A stretch of 64,000 bases of DNA, from contig CAWELD010000003.1 of NCBI GenBank assembly GCA_963809895.1, positions 3,488,001 to 3,552,000 of the forward strand, written 5' to 3'. Of this stretch, positions 50,848 through 61,100 are shown in pieces. The notes under the pieces were generated by a model. That model saw nothing but the letters and a program-made list of their open reading frames with translations. It was not told the origin of the DNA and did not search any database. Each line of letters begins with the position of its first letter. Position 1 is the stretch's first letter. Position numbers and translations under genes: made by a program. Source of the stretch: an uncultured Gemmatimonadales bacterium (lineage in GTDB: Bacteria > Gemmatimonadota > Gemmatimonadetes > Longimicrobiales > Gaopeijiaceae).

Positions 50848-52206
50848 TCACTTCCCGATGCAGAAGGAAGAGAACAGACGATCCAGCACCTCTTCCGGCG
50901 ACAGCACGCCCAACGTCTCCTCCAGGGCCGTCTCGGCGCTCCGCAGGTGCGTGGCCGCCATCTCGGCCGGCACGCCGCCTTCGAGGGCATCGGCGAACTC
51001 CGTGACCTCCCGGCGCGCTCGACGCACGCCCGCCACCTGCCGCTCGCGGGTGAGCACGGGCGCGTCGTCTCCCGCCTCCATACTGCCGAACACGAGCTCG
51101 CGCAGACGGTTCCGGAGGACGTCGAGACCCTCACCGTTACGCACGGACACGGCGATCCAGGGAGCCTCGGGCCGCTCCTCGCCCTCATCGGCCTTGGTGC
51201 GCACCCGCACCACCGGCACGCTGGCCCGGAGCTCACGGTCCACGAAGGCCCGTTCGGCGTCCTGTAACGGCCGGCCCGCCTCGGCGCAGAAGAGGACGAC
51301 GTCGGCCGCCCGCAGAAAGCGCTGCGCCACCTCGATCCCCAGCCGCTCCACGGTCTCGTCGGTCTCCCGGAGTCCCGCCGTGTCCACGAGCCGGAAGGGA
51401 TAGCCCCCGACCGAGGCCTGCACCTCCACCGCGTCTCGGGTCGTGCCGGGAATCTCGGTCACCAACGCCCGCTCCTCGCCCAGCAACGCGTTGAACAGAC
51501 TCGACTTGCCGACGTTGGGCCGGCCCGCGAGCACCACCAGCGCGCCCTCACGCAGCAACTCGCCCTCCGGCGCCGTGGCCTCGAGGCGCTCCAGGGCACG
51601 CGTTACCTGGCGTGCCCGGCCGACGATGTCGCCCACCGGCACCGGCGCGTCGTCTTCTTCGGGAAAGTCCAGGTGGTGGGTGAGCAACGCTTCCAGATCG
51701 ATCAGCGAGTCCCGCAATGCGGCCAGCCGCCGCGACAAACCCCCCTCGAGTTGCCGCAGGGCGTTGCGATGGAGCGCGCGACTCCGGGCCTCCACCAGAT
51801 CGGCCACCGCCTCGGCCTGCACCATGTCCACCTTGCCAGCCAGGAAGGCCCGCCGGGTGAACTCGCCGGGCTCGGCCCGGCGCGCACCCGCGGCCCGGCA
51901 CGCCTCCTCCACGAGTCGGGGCGCGAGCCCACCGCCGTGGCCGGAGATCTCGACCGCGTCCTCGCCGGTGTAGCTCCCGGGACCCGGATACCACGTGACC
52001 AGCGCGCGGTCCGCTGGCTCACCGGTGGAGGGATGGAGGATTCGGGCCAGCGTGGCCCGCCGGGCCGGGGGCAGACCCTCCAGCCCCGGCGCCACCGCGA
52101 GCAGAATCTCCGCCGCCCTCGGCCCCGACAGGCGTACCACCGCCAACGCACCCCGCCCCTGCGGGGTGGCCGTGGCGACGATGGTGTCGTGGAGAGGGTC
52201 GCTCAC
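50848..52206 (-). CDS. mnmE: tRNA modification GTPase
   Basis: SYTGED, GEFTRRAF, GRPNVGKSSL, GTTRD, DTAG, FCIGK. Confidence 0.97.
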   Translation of the reverse strand: MSDPLHDTIVATATPQGRGALAVVRLSGPRAAEILLAVAPGLEGLPPARRATLARILHPSTGEPADRALVTWYPGPGSYTGEDAVEISGHGGGLAPRLVEEACRAAGARRAEPGEFTRRAFLAGKVDMVQAEAVADLVEARSRALHRNALRQLEGGLSRRLAALRDSLIDLEALLTHHLDFPEEDDAPVPVGDIVGRARQVTRALERLEATAPEGELLREGALVVLAGRPNVGKSSLFNALLGEERALVTEIPGTTRDAVEVQASVGGYPFRLVDTAGLRETDETVERLGIEVAQRFLRAADVVLFCAEAGRPLQDAERAFVDRELRASVPVVRVRTKADEGEERPEAPWIAVSVRNGEGLDVLRNRLRELVFGSMEAGDDAPVLTRERQVAGVRRARREVTEFADALEGGVPAEMAATHLRSAETALEETLGVLSPEEVLDRLFSSFCIGK

Positions 52207-52261
52207 GCTGTCTCCGGCGATGCCCGGGGGTGGTCCGAGCAGCCCGAGACCACCCCCGCGG

Positions 52262-54010
52262 TCAGTCCTTGGTTTCGCTCAGTTTGACGGGACCCCGCGC
52301 GGCGACGCGTTTCCGTTCCCTGGCGATGAGGAGCTGCTGGGGAATCGTGGCGATGTTGGCCGTCGCGTAATAGAGGTTCAGCCCCGACGGGAACTGCATG
52401 AAGATGAACCCGAAGAAGAGCGGCATGAACCACATCATCATCTTCATCTGCGGGTTCGACTGCGGCATGGACTTCATGCTGATCCACTGCAGCGAGAACA
52501 TGGACAGCGCCAGGAACACGGGCAGAATGAAGAGCGGGTCCTTGGCCGAGAGATCCGGGAGCCAGTAGAAGGGGACGCCCCGGAGCTCGATGGTGTTCTG
52601 GAAGACGAAGAAGAGCGCGATGAGCACCGGCCAGGGAAGGAGCATGGGCAAGCATCCCGCCAGGGGATTGAACCCGTACTCCTTGTAGAGGCGCATCATC
52701 TCCTTCTGCATGCGCTCCGGATTGTCCTTGTACTTGGTCTGGATCTCCTTCACGAGGGGCTGGACCGCCATGTTGCGCATCTGCGCCCGCATGGCCTTCT
52801 GGTTCAGCGGCCAGAGAATGACCCGCATGAGCACGCCGAAGACCACCAGGACCCAGCCGTAGCCCAGCTTCAGGTTGTCGTGGAGGAAGTTCAGGATCCA
52901 GAGGATTACGCCGACGATGGGGCGCACCACCGGCCGCATGAACTTCCAGCCGTAGGGGTTCACCTCTTCCAGATCCGTTCCCATGGATTGCAGGCGGGCG
53001 TACTCCTGCGGACCCATGTAGAGCCGATAGTGGAACAGCCCGTCGGGGCTCACGGACTGGGTGACGGCCACGTGGGCGTGGTTCTCGCCCGGGACCGGAG
53101 ACACCAGGATCCCCCCCAGATAGTCTTCCTGATCGCCCTGGCCGGTCCCGGGCAGGATCGCCATGACGAAGTACTTGCTCTTGAAGGCCACCCAGCGGAA
53201 CGGCCCGTTCTGCACCTCGGCCTCGTCCACCTTGGTCAGCGGCGTGGCGTTGATGCCCTCGCTCACGTGGTTCCCCACGTACGCCATGGAGCGGACCTCC
53301 TGGGCCGAGTCCGCCTCGTTGAAGGCCATGCCCTCGCCCAGGTCCGTCACCAGGAGAGGCCGCTCGACCCCGGAGACGTCGGCGCTGACCTGGACCACGT
53401 AATCGTCGGGATCGAAGGTGTAGGCGAGCTCCACCGAGACGTCGGTGCCGGGCTGGGACCAGGTGAAGGTGAGCTCCTGCGGGCCACCGCCCTGGTTGAG
53501 CCGTAGCCCGTCCTGGGGCGACACGCGGAACGGGAGATCACGCAACTCCAGCGTGTCCGGCCCCACCACGAGCCGCTTGCCCAACGCCGCCGTCCCGTCG
53601 GGGAGCAGCCGCACCGGCCCGTCACCCTGTCGTAGCGACTTGAAACGGACCAGCTCCGCCGACACCAGCTCCGCGCCGTGGCTGGAGAAGGTGTAGCGGT
53701 AGAGGGGGCCCTCCACGAGGATCTGGCGCTCGGGCGCCACCGAATCGGCCGCCTGGGGCTCCACGTCCGCCGCGGCGGCCTGGTCGCTGGACGCCTGCCC
53801 CGGCGCCGGCTGGGCCTCGGGCGCGCCCGTGGCCGGCAGGCCCCCGGTCACCGAGTCCGAGGAAGGCCTCGCACCCGTATCGGCCTGCATCGCCACCGAG
53901 TCTGCCGCGACGGCCGGCGGCTCCTGAACCGGGGGAAAGAGCAGGTTGGTCCCGACCAGGACCACGAGCATGAGCGCGATGGCGAGCAGAAAGCGAACTT
54001 CAGTTCTCAT
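52262..54010 (-). CDS. yidC: membrane protein insertase
   Basis: N-terminal TM, periplasmic domain, GCLPMLL, WLPDLS, PSGLNLY. Confidence 0.96.
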   Translation of the reverse strand: MRTEVRFLLAIALMLVVLVGTNLLFPPVQEPPAVAADSVAMQADTGARPSSDSVTGGLPATGAPEAQPAPGQASSDQAAAADVEPQAADSVAPERQILVEGPLYRYTFSSHGAELVSAELVRFKSLRQGDGPVRLLPDGTAALGKRLVVGPDTLELRDLPFRVSPQDGLRLNQGGGPQELTFTWSQPGTDVSVELAYTFDPDDYVVQVSADVSGVERPLLVTDLGEGMAFNEADSAQEVRSMAYVGNHVSEGINATPLTKVDEAEVQNGPFRWVAFKSKYFVMAILPGTGQGDQEDYLGGILVSPVPGENHAHVAVTQSVSPDGLFHYRLYMGPQEYARLQSMGTDLEEVNPYGWKFMRPVVRPIVGVILWILNFLHDNLKLGYGWVLVVFGVLMRVILWPLNQKAMRAQMRNMAVQPLVKEIQTKYKDNPERMQKEMMRLYKEYGFNPLAGCLPMLLPWPVLIALFFVFQNTIELRGVPFYWLPDLSAKDPLFILPVFLALSMFSLQWISMKSMPQSNPQMKMMMWFMPLFFGFIFMQFPSGLNLYYATANIATIPQQLLIARERKRVAARGPVKLSETKD

Positions 54011-54279
54011 TTCGTCGTCGTGTCAAAGCCGTGCCGGGTCCTCGTCGACTCGTGTTCGTCCGGCACGGGAGGCACGGGATCGTACCCGTGGCCTCCCCAG
54101 GGATGGCACCGCAGCAGGCGCCGAAGCGTCAACCAGCTACCTCTCAGCGCCCCGTGGCGCTCCAGTGCCTCCACGGCGTACTGAGAGCACGTGGGCTCGT
54201 ACCGGCAGCTCGGCGGCATGAGGGGCGAGATCCCGACCTGGTAGACCCGAACCAGGCCGATCAGCACCCGGCGGACCAC
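54007..54279 (-). CDS. yidD: membrane protein insertion efficiency factor
   Basis: [40 protein letters not shown]. Confidence 0.95.
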   Translation of the reverse strand: MVRRVLIGLVRVYQVGISPLMPPSCRYEPTCSQYAVEALERHGALRGSWLTLRRLLRCHPWGGHGYDPVPPVPDEHESTRTRHGFDTTTK

Positions 54280-54671
54280 GTGTCCTCCACGAACGCCACG
54301 AGTTGATCGCGGAGCTCGCCGAACGAGGCCTCGAAGGCCCCCCGCCGTGCCCGTACCAGCACATCCACACACACGCCCCTCCCTTCGAGACGAGGCAGAA
54401 CCTCCGTGCGCCCGATCTCACGCAGGCGCCGGCGCACGCGGTTGCGATCCACGATGCGGTGCCCGTGCTTGGGCACCACCGCGCCGTACCGAGAATGCGA
54501 AACGGGGGAAGCCGCGAAGAAGACGTCCAGGTGGGGCGTCCTCTTCCGCTTCCCCCGTGCATGCAACGCCCGGATCTCCCGGGCGCTGCGGATGCGGCTC
54601 GAGGGAGGGAACCGGAATCCGCCCGGCCTGCCCGGACTCGGCGTCTCCGCCGGCGGGCCAGCCGTGCTCAC
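54261..54671 (-). CDS. rnpA: ribonuclease P protein component
   Basis: RYGAVVPK...[13 protein letters not shown] (RNR motif); lies between rpmH and yidD; start approximate. Confidence 0.9.
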   Translation of the reverse strand: MSTAGPPAETPSPGRPGGFRFPPSSRIRSAREIRALHARGKRKRTPHLDVFFAASPVSHSRYGAVVPKHGHRIVDRNRVRRRLREIGRTEVLPRLEGRGVCVDVLVRARRGAFEASFGELRDQLVAFVEDTWSAGC

Positions 54672-54676
54672 GACCC

Positions 54677-54826
54677 CTACTTCGAGCCGGTCCTCACCGT
54701 GAGGCGCGCGCGGCCCTTCTTGCGACGGGCCGACAGCACCTTGCGGCCGCCCCGGGTCTTCATACGGGCGCGGAACCCGTGCTTGTTCGCGCGCTTCCGG
54801 TTGCGAGGCCGATAGGTGGGCTTCAT
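54677..54826 (-). CDS. rpmH: 50S ribosomal protein L34
   Basis: [37 protein letters not shown]. Confidence 0.97.
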   Translation of the reverse strand: MKPTYRPRNRKRANKHGFRARMKTRGGRKVLSARRKKGRARLTVRTGSK

Positions 54827-54877
54827 GGTGTACCGCCCGGTGTTTGGGGTCCAGAATCGTCTGAAGTCGAGCAGGGA

Positions 54878-55034
54878 AACATAGACGCGGAGCCGGAAGA
54901 CCGTCAACCCCGTGGGCGTCCATGGGAAGCGGGTCGCCCACAGCGCCGTATCCGCGTCGGCGCGGGACGGAATTGACTTTTCCACAGGCCAACTCTAGCT
55001 TCGCTCTCCCTCGATTCCGAGGGTCGTTCCCACA
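54878..55034. promoter_or_regulatory. divergent rpmH/dnaA promoters with DnaA boxes
   Basis: dnaA: TTGACT(54973)-17-TAGCTT with DnaA box TTTTCCACA (54978-54986) inside; GTTCCCACA 55026; rpmH (minus): TTGACG-18-TATGTT. Confidence 0.65.
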
Positions 55035-55092
55035 ATCCGCGCACCCCTTCTCGAGCCGTCCGGCCCCGGGCCGAACGGAGGCCCCGCCGTCC

Positions 55093-56493
55093 ATGGAGCT
55101 TACCGCGTCCGAGCTCTGGTCGAACATCCTGGAGTCCGCCCGATCGGGCCTCCCGGAGCAGAGCTTCAAGACGTGGCTTTCCGGCACCCGGGCCATCGCC
55201 CTGTCCGAGTCCGAGCTCCAGGTGGAAGCCCCCAGCGAATTCCACGTCGAGTGGATCGAGGACAAGTACCGCCCGGTCCTCACCGAGTTGGCCGAGCGCA
55301 TCCTGGGTCGTCGTCTCCAGCTGAGCTTCCGGACGGGCACGCCGGCCGGTCCCTCGCTTCCCAGCGTCGAGGTCGTGCCACCCACGCCCGTCCCCGACGC
55401 GCAGCCCCGGCCGAGCCAGGCTCCCCCCGGCCATCGCCCGGGTTTGAACGAGCGATACACCTTCGAGCGCTTCGTGGTGGGCAACAACAACCAGCTCGCG
55501 GCGGCCGCCTGCCACGCCGTCGCCGAGAAGCCCGCGCGCATGTACAACCCCCTCTTCCTGTACGGAGGCGTGGGCCTGGGCAAGACCCATCTGATGCATG
55601 CCATCGGCAATCACATCCTCGAGGCGAGCCTCGACAAGCGCGTCACCTACGTATCCAGCGAGCAGTTCATGAACGAGTTGGTGACCTCCATCCAGGAGGG
55701 CACCACCGGTGAGTTCCGCCGGCGCTATCGGCAGATGGACCTCCTCCTCGTGGACGATGTCCACTTCCTGGAAGGGAAGGAACGCACCCAGGAGGAGTTC
55801 TTCCACACCTTCAACGCCCTCTACGACGCCCAGAAGCAGATCATTCTCACCAGCGACCGTCCTCCCAAGGAGATCCCGGGGCTCGAGGACCGACTGGTGA
55901 GCCGCTTCGAGTGGGGCCTGGTGGCCGACATCAAGCCCCCGGACTACGAAACCCGCGTCGCGATCCTGAGAAAGAAGGCCGCCGACGACCACCTGACGCT
56001 GGACGACCCGGTCATAGACTTCATCGCACACGCCTGCACCGCGTCGGTGCGCGAGCTCGAAGGCGCCGTCATCAAGTTGCTCGCCTATTCTTCGCTGACC
56101 AACCAGGAGATCACCGTCGAGCTGGCCCGCACCGCGCTCAGCGGAATGATCCAGGACGATCCGGGCAGCCATGGAGGTCGCCCGAGCCTCACCGCCGAGA
56201 CCATCCGCGAGGTGGTCGCCCGCCGCTGGGGGGTCAAGGTGGAGGCGCTGACCTCGAAGCGCCGCACCAAGGACGTGACGGTACCTCGACAGGTCGCCAT
56301 GTTCCTCATCCGAGAGATCCTGGACCTTCCGCTGGTGCAGATCGGCGAGCGCTTCGGCGGCCGCGACCACTCCACCGTCATCCATTCCGTGCGCAAGGTC
56401 GAGGATCTGATCGAAGAAGACGAGGAATTCAAGGACCAGGTCGACGGCGCTCGTAGGGAGCTCCTGGAGCCTGCCGGGAGAGCCCACAAGTGA
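55093..56493 (+). CDS. dnaA: chromosomal replication initiator
   Basis: YTFERFVVG, YNPLFLYGGVGLGKTHL, SRFEWGL, VRELEGA, FGGRDHSTV. Confidence 0.98.
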   Translation: MELTASELWSNILESARSGLPEQSFKTWLSGTRAIALSESELQVEAPSEFHVEWIEDKYRPVLTELAERILGRRLQLSFRTGTPAGPSLPSVEVVPPTPVPDAQPRPSQAPPGHRPGLNERYTFERFVVGNNNQLAAAACHAVAEKPARMYNPLFLYGGVGLGKTHLMHAIGNHILEASLDKRVTYVSSEQFMNELVTSIQEGTTGEFRRRYRQMDLLLVDDVHFLEGKERTQEEFFHTFNALYDAQKQIILTSDRPPKEIPGLEDRLVSRFEWGLVADIKPPDYETRVAILRKKAADDHLTLDDPVIDFIAHACTASVRELEGAVIKLLAYSSLTNQEITVELARTALSGMIQDDPGSHGGRPSLTAETIREVVARRWGVKVEALTSKRRTKDVTVPRQVAMFLIREILDLPLVQIGERFGGRDHSTVIHSVRKVEDLIEEDEEFKDQVDGARRELLEPAGRAHK

Positions 56494-56754
56494 CGTGGAG
56501 AAGTGTTGAAAACCATGGCAGTTCTCCCCGGTCCCGACGTCTGGGCCGGGTTCTCCACGCGGGCCCTTCCCTTGTCCACGCACGATCCACAGCCACCTTC
56601 AGCGGTGTTCGTGGCGACACGCCGCCACGCACTCCCTTGACAACCACAGCTGTCCACAGCTCCACACCCTCTACTACTACTCCTTTTCTTTTATAAGGGA
56701 GAACATAGAGATTAGGGCCCTGTGGAGACGTTGACTGACCCGAGTGGAGGCTTC
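56494..56754. other. replication origin oriC
   Basis: DnaA boxes at 56494, 56504, 56551, 56572, 56583, 56650, 56658, 56721; CTACTACTACT trios 56671-56681; AT-rich 56684-56696; gene-strand bias flips near here. Confidence 0.85.
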
Positions 56755-57891
56755 ATGAGATTCACCATCACCCGCCAGAATCTTCACCACGGCCTGGCAG
56801 CCGTCTCGGCCAGCATCCCGAGCAAGACGACGCTCCCGGTGCTTTCGAACATCCTGTTCGAGACCACGGAGGACGGGGTGTGGATGAGCGGGACGGACCT
56901 GGACGTGTCCGTGCGGGTGAAGGTCCCGGCCGATGTCCACGAGGCCGGAAGCCTCACGGCACCGGGCAAGAAGCTCCAGGAGATCACGCGGGAGCTACCC
57001 GACCAGCCGGTGGAGATCGGAACCCGCGGCGACCAGATCGAGCTCCAGTGTGGTCGCAGCCGCTTCAAGCTCAACGGGCTTCCCGCCGACGAATTTCCCT
57101 CGCTGCCCGGCGTGGACTTCGAGAGCAGCGTGACCGTGGCCGGCCAGGACCTTCACCGTCTCATCCACCACACCTCGTTCGCGGTCTCCACCGAGGAGAG
57201 CCGACCGATCCTCAACGGGGTGCTGTGGGAGCTCCGGGACGGCTCCATGCGCATGGTGGCCACCAACGGACATCGGTTGGCCCGCATGGGCGTGCCCACC
57301 GGACCGTCGTCGCTCACCAGCACCGACTTCATCGTACCTCCGGCCGCGCTCCAGCAGGTGCAGCGGCTCCTGGAGGAGGATGCGGACATCGAGGTGGCGT
57401 GGGACAGCGGCAGCGACGGGAGCGCCCGCAAGAACCACCTGGGCTTCCGCTCGTCGGGGACCGAGGTCTACACGCGTCTCATCGAGGGCTCGTATCCGAA
57501 CTACGAGCAGGTCATCCCCAAGGACAACGACAAGTACGCCATCGTGGAGAAGCGGACCCTGGAGTCCGCCGTGCGCCGCATGGCCGTGGTGGCCAGCGAC
57601 CAGACGCACCGGATCCGGCTCACCTTCGAGAGCGATCGAGTCCATCTCAACGTGCTCACCCCGGACCTGGGCGAGGGCCACGACGAGCTCGAGCTGTCGT
57701 TCACCGGCGAGGGGCTGGAGATCGGCTTCAACGCCAACTATCTCCTGGAAGTCCTGCGCTACATGCCCACCGACGAGGTCAAGATGACCTTCAAGGCGCC
57801 GGAGCGGGCCGCCACCCTGGAACCGGTGACGCCCGACGACGAGCCCATGGATTATCTCTGCCTGGTGATGCCGCTGCGTCTGCTGGACTGA
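56755..57891 (+). CDS. dnaN: DNA polymerase III beta sliding clamp
   Basis: LPVLSN, GTDLD, RPILNGV, ATNGHRL, RLIEGSYPNY, IGFNANYL, VMPLRL. Confidence 0.97.
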   Translation: MRFTITRQNLHHGLAAVSASIPSKTTLPVLSNILFETTEDGVWMSGTDLDVSVRVKVPADVHEAGSLTAPGKKLQEITRELPDQPVEIGTRGDQIELQCGRSRFKLNGLPADEFPSLPGVDFESSVTVAGQDLHRLIHHTSFAVSTEESRPILNGVLWELRDGSMRMVATNGHRLARMGVPTGPSSLTSTDFIVPPAALQQVQRLLEEDADIEVAWDSGSDGSARKNHLGFRSSGTEVYTRLIEGSYPNYEQVIPKDNDKYAIVEKRTLESAVRRMAVVASDQTHRIRLTFESDRVHLNVLTPDLGEGHDELELSFTGEGLEIGFNANYLLEVLRYMPTDEVKMTFKAPERAATLEPVTPDDEPMDYLCLVMPLRLLD

Positions 57892-57931
57892 GAGGGAGCG
57901 GGCGACTTCGGCCCGCGCCGAGCACGGACCA

Positions 57932-58492
57932 TCAGGCGGAGCGCGCCGCTTCCAGGAGCTCGGGGCCGGTGAAGACGGCCACGAGCGGGTAGCCGGCGTC
58001 GTCGAGGCGCCCCCGCCCGCCCTCCTGGCGGTCCACCAGGGTGAGGACGCCGACCACCGTGCAACCGTGCTCCCGCACCGCTGCTATGGCCTTCAGCGCG
58101 CTGCCCCCGGTGGTCATGGAGTCTTCCACCACCAGGCAGCGCGCACCCTCGGGCAGGCCCCCCTCGATCCGTTGGCCGGTCCCGTGCTCCTTCGCCTTCT
58201 TGCGCACGGAGAAGGCGTCCCTCGGGCTTCCCCGGAGAAAGCTCTCACGGGCGATGGCGTAGGCCACCGGATCGGCGCCCATGGTGAGACCGCCCACGTG
58301 CGAGAACTCGATCCCGCTGGCGGTGAGGGCCTCCCAGCATACCTTTCCGGTGAGGACCTGGCCTTCGGCGGACATGGTCGTCCTGCGGGCGTCGACGTAG
58401 TAGGACGAACGCGCCCCACTGGCCAGGGTAAACTCACCGAGGCGCACCGAACGCTCCACCAGGAGCTCCTTGAGACGATCGCGAGATTCCAT
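57932..58492 (-). CDS. pyrE: orotate phosphoribosyltransferase
   Basis: FTLASGARSSYYVD, GGLTMGADP, RKKAKEHG, VVEDSMTTGGS, VDRQEGG. Confidence 0.93.
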   Translation of the reverse strand: MESRDRLKELLVERSVRLGEFTLASGARSSYYVDARRTTMSAEGQVLTGKVCWEALTASGIEFSHVGGLTMGADPVAYAIARESFLRGSPRDAFSVRKKAKEHGTGQRIEGGLPEGARCLVVEDSMTTGGSALKAIAAVREHGCTVVGVLTLVDRQEGGRGRLDDAGYPLVAVFTGPELLEAARSA

Positions 58493-58546
58493 GCCGCCAT
58501 GCTCCGCTTCGGGCCTCGCGGCGTCAAGCCCCACCGTCATCACCGT

Positions 58547-59566
58547 ATGAGTCCGACCTTGCTCCCCACCTCCGCACGCCGACACGCTCGACGGGTGTTC
58601 GCACCCGTCGTGGGCGCGCTCGTGCTGCTCGGTTCCGTGGGCGTCACCGCGTGTCAGGAAGGGGGCACGGTGGACCCCGGCACCACCCGCTTCGGGCAGG
58701 TAGGGTCCGTGCGCCTGGTCATGGAAACGCCGCTGGCGCTGGGTGAAGGACAGCTTCGGCAGGAGCTGGAGTGGAGCTCCGACGGCACGTGGACGCTGCG
58801 TGAGACGGTCCTCTACGACGGCGTGGCCGGCGACAGCAACCTGACCCGCCTGTCGTCGAACATGGAGCTGTCGGCCGGGAAGTACGCCACCTGGATCGTG
58901 CAGGTGAACGATACGCCGGGCCTCGACCTCTTCGACACCGAGGCGCTGGACCCGTACCTGGATCCCGATTGCGCGGATCTCCAGTCCCGGGTCACGCTCA
59001 CCATCCGCGACGATGTCCGGAACCAGGAGAGCTCGTGGACCCGCTGCGCCCAAGGGCCTCTCAGGGACCTCACGCCGGTCGGCGCCGGACCCGATCCCGC
59101 GGCCAGTCGCGTGGCCATCGCCGGAACGCTGGCCCGCGCCAGCACCGTGGGGGACAAGTTCGCGTCGGTGTATCTGGGGACGGTTCCCTTCGCCACCATC
59201 GATCGTGGCGAGGACTCGGGCGCCGCCCTGACCACGCCCCTGGTGATCCAGGATCAGGCCGACTGGACCTCGTTCTGGTCCGAGCACTCGCGGAGCCAGG
59301 GACCCGCGCCGCAGGTGGATTTCGAGCGCGACCTGGTCCTGGTGGGAGCCGTGGGCCAGCGCGAAGAAGCGGGAGACAGCGTAGAGATCCGCCGGGTGCG
59401 CGCGGTCTCCGACGGTACCGTGGTGGAGCTCCACGAGCTGGTGCCCGGGGATTTCTGCTCGCCGGCCCAGAAGATCCACATCCCGTTCCACATCGTCCGG
59501 GTGCCTCGCGTGCCGCTGCCGATCCGCTACGCCGAGGTACAGGTGGACCTGGTGCCCTGTGGCTAG
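58547..59566 (+). CDS. lipoprotein with C-terminal PrcB-like domain
   Basis: Lipobox VTAC; C-terminal PQVDF...G.R..AG.SVEI...PG..C..Q....PFHIV resembles PrcB_C. Confidence 0.7.
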   Translation: MSPTLLPTSARRHARRVFAPVVGALVLLGSVGVTACQEGGTVDPGTTRFGQVGSVRLVMETPLALGEGQLRQELEWSSDGTWTLRETVLYDGVAGDSNLTRLSSNMELSAGKYATWIVQVNDTPGLDLFDTEALDPYLDPDCADLQSRVTLTIRDDVRNQESSWTRCAQGPLRDLTPVGAGPDPAASRVAIAGTLARASTVGDKFASVYLGTVPFATIDRGEDSGAALTTPLVIQDQADWTSFWSEHSRSQGPAPQVDFERDLVLVGAVGQREEAGDSVEIRRVRAVSDGTVVELHELVPGDFCSPAQKIHIPFHIVRVPRVPLPIRYAEVQVDLVPCG

Positions 59567-59630
59567 CGCGAGGCCGGGAGGCCCGGCGGGCTGCCCCGTG
59601 CGTGGGCGCCATGACAACTCCGGCCCGCTG

Positions 59631-61046
59631 ATGTCGATCCGGCGGCAGTTCGTCCTGGCGCTGGCCCTCTTCGCGGTCCTGCTCGCCGTTCTCTATGGCC
59701 TGGTGGCCCGGCGGGTGTCACGCCAGGCCCTGGAGGCCGAGCTGGACCGCCGGCTGGTGTGGGTGGCGGGAGCCGCCGCCGCCACGGGCATCGTGGGCGA
59801 GGACGTGAAGTGGTTCGCGCCGGGCGACGAGGGCGACCCCTTCTGGATCGCGTACCACAACCGGCTCGACTCGCTCAAGGCGCACTACGTGGCCGGCGCG
59901 TGGATCTTCAACGGGGTCAAGAAGGAGGCGCTGGTCACCGCCGAGGCCGCCGACTCCATTCCCATCGGCACGCCGCTGCGCTTCCTGGAACAGTACGACG
60001 AGGCCATTCGGCGGGTGCTCCGCGACGGAAGCGCCACCACCGACTTCTTCGCGTATCAGGGCCGGCTCTACAAGTACGGCTTCGTGCGCCTGGATCCCAA
60101 CGCGATCCTGGCGGTGCTCATGCCCGCCGACTTCCTGGTGCCCCTGAGCCGCCTGAACCGCTCTCTCGTGTGGGGCACGCTGTTGGCGCTGGCGCTGGCG
60201 GTGGGCCTGGGCATGCTCCTGGCAGGGGGCATCGCCCGTCCCGTGGAGCATCTCAGCCGCGCTGCCATCCGCATCCAGCGGGGGCGCATGGACCGGGAGG
60301 TCTCGCTCCAGCGCCGGGACGAGCTGGGAAAGCTGGCCGATGCCATGGAGCGCATGCGCCGGGGGATCCTGGAGCGCGACGAGCAGCTTCGCCTCATGCT
60401 GGCCCAGGTCGCGCACGAGATCAGGAATCCCCTGGGGGGATTGGAGTTGTTCGCGTCGGCGGCCGCCGAGACCGACGATCCAGCCGAGCGGAAGCGTCAC
60501 ATGCGCCGGGTGCGCGAGGAGGTGGCGGCGCTGAACCGCATCATCGACGACTTCCTGACCTTCGCGCGTCCGTTGAAGGCCGAGCCCGAGCCCACGGATC
60601 TGCGGGTCGCGCTGGACGCCGCGGCCGACCTGGTCCGGGGCGAGCTGGAAGGCAAGGGAGGCACGCTGGAGCTCGCCCTGCCCGACGCTCCTCTCATGGC
60701 GCGGGCCGACGCCGACCAGGCCAAACGCGCGGTGCTGAACCTGCTTCGTAACGCTGCTCAGGTCTCGGACCGGGTCCGGCTGGCGGCCACGCTGGAGCGC
60801 GGTGAGGTGGTGGTGTCGGTGGCCGACGACGGGCCGGGGATTCCCGAAGAGGAGCGGGAGCGCATCTTCGACCCCTTCGTCACCGACAAGGAACAGGGTG
60901 CCGGGCTGGGGTTGGCCATCGTGCGCAAGGTCGCCGAAGCCCAGGGAGGGCGCGTCGAGGTGCTGGCCGCCGAAGACGGCGGCATTGGGACGGGGGCCGA
61001 GTTCCGCGTATATTTCCGGGGGATGGAGGACTTTCCCGCCGCGTAG
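59631..61046 (+). CDS. membrane sensor histidine kinase (HAMP-HisKA-HATPase)
   Basis: Two TM helices, HAMP DELGKLA, VAHEIRNPL, NLLRNA, DDGPGI, GAGLGL; start could be 59559. Confidence 0.92.
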   Translation: MSIRRQFVLALALFAVLLAVLYGLVARRVSRQALEAELDRRLVWVAGAAAATGIVGEDVKWFAPGDEGDPFWIAYHNRLDSLKAHYVAGAWIFNGVKKEALVTAEAADSIPIGTPLRFLEQYDEAIRRVLRDGSATTDFFAYQGRLYKYGFVRLDPNAILAVLMPADFLVPLSRLNRSLVWGTLLALALAVGLGMLLAGGIARPVEHLSRAAIRIQRGRMDREVSLQRRDELGKLADAMERMRRGILERDEQLRLMLAQVAHEIRNPLGGLELFASAAAETDDPAERKRHMRRVREEVAALNRIIDDFLTFARPLKAEPEPTDLRVALDAAADLVRGELEGKGGTLELALPDAPLMARADADQAKRAVLNLLRNAAQVSDRVRLAATLERGEVVVSVADDGPGIPEEERERIFDPFVTDKEQGAGLGLAIVRKVAEAQGGRVEVLAAEDGGIGTGAEFRVYFRGMEDFPAA

Positions 61047-61100
61047 TCCCATGCCCGTCGCGCCCCTTCGCTCTTCGATCCGCCCAATCCGGGAACGGTC

